Below are positions 60,534 through 64,000 of a DNA stretch of 64,000 nucleotides, one piece after another. Positions within the stretch are counted from its first letter, which is position 1. The number at the start of each line of letters is the position of its first letter. The stretch spans positions 827,537 to 891,536 of the forward strand of contig JBHYGA010000005.1 of NCBI GenBank assembly GCA_051859245.1. The letters run 5' to 3'. The position numbers were made by a program, and so were the translations under genes. Below the pieces are notes generated by a model. That model saw only the letters and a program-made list of their open reading frames with translations, had not been told where the DNA came from and did not search any database. Origin of the DNA: Gemmatimonadaceae bacterium (lineage in GTDB: Bacteria; Gemmatimonadota; Gemmatimonadetes; Gemmatimonadales; Gemmatimonadaceae).

Positions 60534-61583
60534 ATGACGGAGCAATCCCCGGTGTCAATCGATGACGTGCGCGCGCTGGTCGCGGAACGTCATCGGTTTG
60601 ACGAATGGCTCAGCGCGCTCGAAGCGCGTCGGGATTCGACGCCGGAGCACGTGTACAGCCGTGTTCACAGCGACTACGAAGCGCGTCGCACGCAGGTTAT
60701 GACGTCGCTGCACGCGCACGTACCAGGTCTGGAGCAGTTGCTCGCCAACCTCGACACGCAGGCGGGTGAGCTCGGTGAGCTCGCGCAGGGCGAAGAAGAC
60801 GAGCGCGCGGAAGCAATGCTGCGACATGCCGTGGGTGAGTACGACGACGGCAAGTGGAATGAAGTGCGGGAGCGAGTTGAAGCATCGCTCGCGTCACTCA
60901 CAACGGAGCGCGGCGCGCTCGACGCGCAGCGTGAAGATGTGCGCATGCTGCTCGATCGGGCGCGACCGGAAGTGGTCGAAACGTTGGTTGAAGCCGAGAT
61001 CGAGCCGGCCGTTCCTGACGTCGTTGAAGCGCCAGCGCCGATTGAGGACACGTCGCGTTCGCTCGATCACATTGACGTCACGCAGGAAATGCCGATCGAG
61101 ACATCGCGCGCCGAGGTGGAAACACCGGATTGGCTCGGCTCGATGACGCCGGTCAGCGTGCCGTCACTTGGTGATCTGAGCGATATCACGAGTGAGCCGA
61201 TCGGAGCTCGCGAGACGGCCGATGAGTTCGAACTCACCGAGAATCATGAACGAAGCCAGCTGTCGAGTGAGTCGGTCGACGTGTTTGGCGATGCCACCAC
61301 AGGGCAGGAGCCCGCGAGTGGCGTGGCGCCTGACGCAGGCACGCCGCAGGCCGGCACGCCGCAGGCCGGTACGCCGCAGGCCGGCACCTCGCAATCTGGC
61401 GCGTTTGATGAACTGGCGTTCTTGCGGTCGGTGATTGATCCGCAGGCGCCGGCGCCGCCCGCACCGCGTGCTCCAGGAACGGGCGACGCGCAGAAGACGC
61501 TGCGTTGCACCGAGTGTGGCACGATGAATCTGCCAACGGAATGGTATTGCGAGCGGTGCGGCGGGGAGCTCGCGGCGTTCTGA
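60534..61583 (+). CDS. Hypothetical protein: N-terminal coiled coil, acidic disordered linker, C-terminal zinc ribbon
   Basis: Heptad-rich first ~140 aa; terminal RCTECGTMNLPTEWYCERCGGEL. Confidence 0.75.
   Translation: MTEQSPVSIDDVRALVAERHRFDEWLSALEARRDSTPEHVYSRVHSDYEARRTQVMTSLHAHVPGLEQLLANLDTQAGELGELAQGEEDERAEAMLRHAVGEYDDGKWNEVRERVEASLASLTTERGALDAQREDVRMLLDRARPEVVETLVEAEIEPAVPDVVEAPAPIEDTSRSLDHIDVTQEMPIETSRAEVETPDWLGSMTPVSVPSLGDLSDITSEPIGARETADEFELTENHERSQLSSESVDVFGDATTGQEPASGVAPDAGTPQAGTPQAGTPQAGTSQSGAFDELAFLRSVIDPQAPAPPAPRAPGTGDAQKTLRCTECGTMNLPTEWYCERCGGELAAF
61335..61394 (+). repeat. In-frame 15-bp tandem repeat (4 copies, AGTPQ)
   Basis: gcaggcacgccgcag / gccggcacgccgcag / gccggtacgccgcag / gccggcacctcgcaa. 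Confidence 0.85.
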
Positions 61584-61602
61584 CGGATCGCACACACAAC
61601 AC

Positions 61603-61640
61603 AAAGGGGCCGGTGTCCGCGATGGACACCGGCCCCTTTT
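61603..61640. terminator. Bidirectional intrinsic terminator
   Basis: AAAGGGGCCGGTGTCC-loop-GGACACCGGCCCCTTTT between convergent genes. Confidence 0.88.
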
Positions 61641-61661
61641 CACTACCGGGATCGAACCGCG

Positions 61662-61907
61662 TCAGACTGCGGCTGAAGCGATGCGTGAGATGCTGCTCTT
61701 CTGACGAGCGGCCGCGTTCGCATGGATGAGGCCTTTGCGCGCGGCGCGATCGAGCAGCGACACCGCCTTCGTGCGCTCGTCAGCCGAGGCTTCGGTGGTC
61801 TTGGCCTTCTTCAGCGCGGTGCGGAGAGCGGACCGCTGGGCGCGGTTACGCACCGCGGCGGCGCGCGACTTCCGAAGATCCTTCTTGGACGACTTGATAT
61901 TCGGCAC
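61662..61907 (-). CDS. rpsT: 30S ribosomal protein S20
   Basis: MPNIKSSKK..RN..RSALRT..LDRAARKGLIHANAAARQKS. Confidence 0.96.
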   Translation of the reverse strand: MPNIKSSKKDLRKSRAAAVRNRAQRSALRTALKKAKTTEASADERTKAVSLLDRAARKGLIHANAAARQKSSISRIASAAV

Positions 61908-62112
61908 GGAACGGTCTTTGCTCGAGAATTACGATTGGGACGCGGCAACACGCACTCGCTGCGCAGAGCTACGCCACTCAGGGTAGACCGACAAACGTAG
62001 CTCGACAATCGTGGTGTGTCAACTCATCTCCGGCGGCGAAGTGGCCACGCCGGCACTTCCCGCTGCCATTGGACGGCGAGAGTGGTGGACACGTTCCGCT
62101 GTGTGCAGTAGG

Positions 62113-62121
62113 TTATCCACA
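62113..62121 (+). promoter_or_regulatory. Consensus DnaA box
   Basis: TTATCCACA in the rpsT / M50-scpAB divergent intergenic region. Confidence 0.5.
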
Positions 62122-62160
62122 GTTGCTTGCTCGCACGTATTCGTTACGTTCGACCTCCGA

Positions 62161-62886
62161 ATGTTCGACGTCGTGTCGCGGGCGCAGGTTCCCTCCACTC
62201 TCCCCGCGTTGATCTGGCAGCAGCTCCTCCTCATTGGCCCCGTCCTGCTCTATTCGATGGTGGCCCACGAGTACGCACACGGGTGGGCGGCTCTCAAACA
62301 GGGAGACGCGACCGCGTATTCGCTCGGGCGTCTCACGTGGAATCCGATCTCCCACATCGATCCGTTCATGACGTTGTTGTTGCCGATCATGCTCGCGGTG
62401 GCGGGAGCGCCGATTCTGGGCGGGGCGAAACCCATCCCGGTCAACCCGGGTAACTTCCGGAATCTGCGTCGAGGCGACATCATCGTATCGTTGGCCGGGG
62501 TCACGGCCAACTTTCTGATTGCGTTGGCCTGTATTCCGCTTGCCGTGCTCTTCGGATGGCTGGGCAGCGCGTTTCCCGCGGCCGTGGTGCCGCTGGCGAT
62601 TCTGCAGCGCATGGCCATCACGGGGATCTTCCTGAACATGGTGCTGGTGGTGTTCAACCTGCTCCCGATCCCGCCGCTCGACGGCTCGCACGTGTTCAAA
62701 TATCTGTTGCCGCCCAGCCTGGCGCGGCAGTACACGCGGCTGGCTGGTGCCGGCGTTCTGGTACTGCTGGCGTGCATGTACTTCGTGCCCGGATTTGGCA
62801 ACGTGATTATTGGCCCCGCCCGTTTCGTGCAGTCGTTCGCTGAACGGCTGTATCTTCCTTTCATGCTCCCGAACCCGCTCACGTGA
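62161..62886 (+). CDS. Site-2 protease family (M50) membrane metalloprotease
   Basis: HEYAHG, GRLTWNP, VSLAG, FNLLPIPPLDGS; start uncertain. Confidence 0.92.
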   Translation: MFDVVSRAQVPSTLPALIWQQLLLIGPVLLYSMVAHEYAHGWAALKQGDATAYSLGRLTWNPISHIDPFMTLLLPIMLAVAGAPILGGAKPIPVNPGNFRNLRRGDIIVSLAGVTANFLIALACIPLAVLFGWLGSAFPAAVVPLAILQRMAITGIFLNMVLVVFNLLPIPPLDGSHVFKYLLPPSLARQYTRLAGAGVLVLLACMYFVPGFGNVIIGPARFVQSFAERLYLPFMLPNPLT

Positions 62887-63632
62887 TCGCGCCCTCGTTC
62901 CGCCCCACGGACTCGGCTCATCCGCCATTCCTCGTCGAGCTCGATCAGTTCTCGGGCCCGCTCGACTTGTTGCTGTCGCTGATTCGCGATGAGCAGGTCG
63001 ACATTTACGACATTCCGATTGCCCGTATCGCGGAGCAGTTCCTCGCGCGCATCAGCACGCTCGGACTGGATGAAGCGGCGGACTATCTCGAAATGGCGGC
63101 GCGTCTGCTGCGCATCAAGGCACAGATGTTGTTGCCGCGCGCGGAAGGTGAAGAGACGTGGGAAGATCCGCGCGCCGAACTGGTGCGTCGACTGCTCGAG
63201 TACCAGCAGATGCGTGAAGTGGTCGATCTGCTGGAGCGTCGCGGCGAGGAGCGTCGCAACCGATTTGCGCGCTCGTGGGTGCCACAGGCCGATGTGCAAA
63301 TGCAGGTGGCGCCGCTCGTGCTGTCACTGGCCGATTTGCTGGCGGCCGTGGATCGCGTGATGCGTGTGACGAAGGAGCCCACGATGCACGAAGTGGTGGC
63401 GCGTGCGCTGGATATGCACGGCGCAATGGCCACCGTACGCAGATTGCTCACGCTGCGTCGCCACTTTTTGTGGCGTGATGTGATTGGAAATGATGCGGAG
63501 CCGTGGCAGGTGTTGTCCTTGCTGCACGCGCTACTTGAAATGGCCAAGCTCGGAGAAGTGCGCGTGGCCCAGCCAACCCCGTTTGCCATGGTGGAGATCG
63601 AACGTCGTGACGCCGTTAGCGAAGCTGCTTGA
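62883..63632 (+). CDS. scpA: Segregation and condensation protein A
   Basis: FSGPLDLLLSLI, YLEMAARLLRIKAQMLLP, DPRAELVRRLLEY, ALLEMAK. Confidence 0.95.
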   Translation: MIAPSFRPTDSAHPPFLVELDQFSGPLDLLLSLIRDEQVDIYDIPIARIAEQFLARISTLGLDEAADYLEMAARLLRIKAQMLLPRAEGEETWEDPRAELVRRLLEYQQMREVVDLLERRGEERRNRFARSWVPQADVQMQVAPLVLSLADLLAAVDRVMRVTKEPTMHEVVARALDMHGAMATVRRLLTLRRHFLWRDVIGNDAEPWQVLSLLHALLEMAKLGEVRVAQPTPFAMVEIERRDAVSEAA

Positions 63633-64000
63633 AGCGGCGCTCTTTGCGAGCCCGCGCCCGATTGCTGTTGAAGCCCTCGCCACGCTCGATCCCGAGGCAA
63701 CGCCGGCGGCACTGTCGGCGGCGCTCGACGAGTTGCGCGAACACTATGACGTGGATGGGCACGGCGTCGAGCTGATCGAACAGGGCGGTGGCTGGCAGAT
63801 TCTCACGCGCCCGGAGTACACCGAAGCGATCGAACGCGCGCATGTGTCGGTGCGTCCGCAGCGGTTGTCGTCTCCGTCGCTGGAAACGCTCGCCATCATT
63901 GCGTATCGCCAGCCGATCGGTCGCGCGGAAATCGAGGAGATTCGCGGTGTCGCGGTTGGCAGTGTGCTCAAGTCGCTGCACGAACGCAATCTCATCGATG
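63607..64000 (+). CDS. scpB: Segregation and condensation protein B, 3'-truncated by the window edge
   Basis: Hand translation MTPLAKLLEAALFASPRP...LSSPSLETLAIIAYRQPIGRAEIEEIRGV. Confidence 0.95.
   Translation, partial: MTPLAKLLEAALFASPRPIAVEALATLDPEATPAALSAALDELREHYDVDGHGVELIEQGGGWQILTRPEYTEAIERAHVSVRPQRLSSPSLETLAIIAYRQPIGRAEIEEIRGVAVGSVLKSLHERNLID

Noticed and set aside
61908..62160. Replication origin
   Set aside because: There is only one DnaA box, no AT-rich unwinding element and no dnaA/dnaN nearby.
1..64000. CRISPR array, transposase or prophage
   Set aside because: I saw no regularly spaced repeats and no cas, transposase or phage hallmark proteins.

Overview
High-GC, gene-dense bacterial chromosome segment, almost all on the + strand. 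Gene content and style suggest Gemmatimonadota (my inference; no marker gene is present to confirm it). Most of the window is housekeeping: argS-pfkB-purM-ribD/E/BA/H-nusB-GT4-hpf-hprK-mannose-class PTS-ptsH-ptsP-metK, a cobalamin-riboswitch-controlled btuFCD-btuB operon, recO, clpB, tadA, two tRNA-Ser genes, pyrR-pyrB-pyrC, rpsT and an M50 protease-scpA-scpB unit. I found no integrase, transposase, CRISPR array or prophage. The most unusual element is a family of four uncharacterised ~340-aa paralogues (7026-8072 and a tandem triplet at 11504-14572). Each has a conserved CxxC..CxxC head, a basic patch plus hydrophobic hairpin, a highly divergent middle and a conserved acidic 'LEMxLHEEDERR' tail. 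Other signals worth checking: a stand-alone secreted QNYPNPFNP (T9SS-CTD/FlgD-Ig-like) protein, a BtuG-like lipoprotein after btuB, a tandem ATP-grasp pair beside orphan genes, sigma54 promoters before clpB and an orphan gene, repeated leaderless-mRNA signatures, and a DnaA box before the scpAB unit. All functional calls come from motif recognition by eye; no database searches were run.
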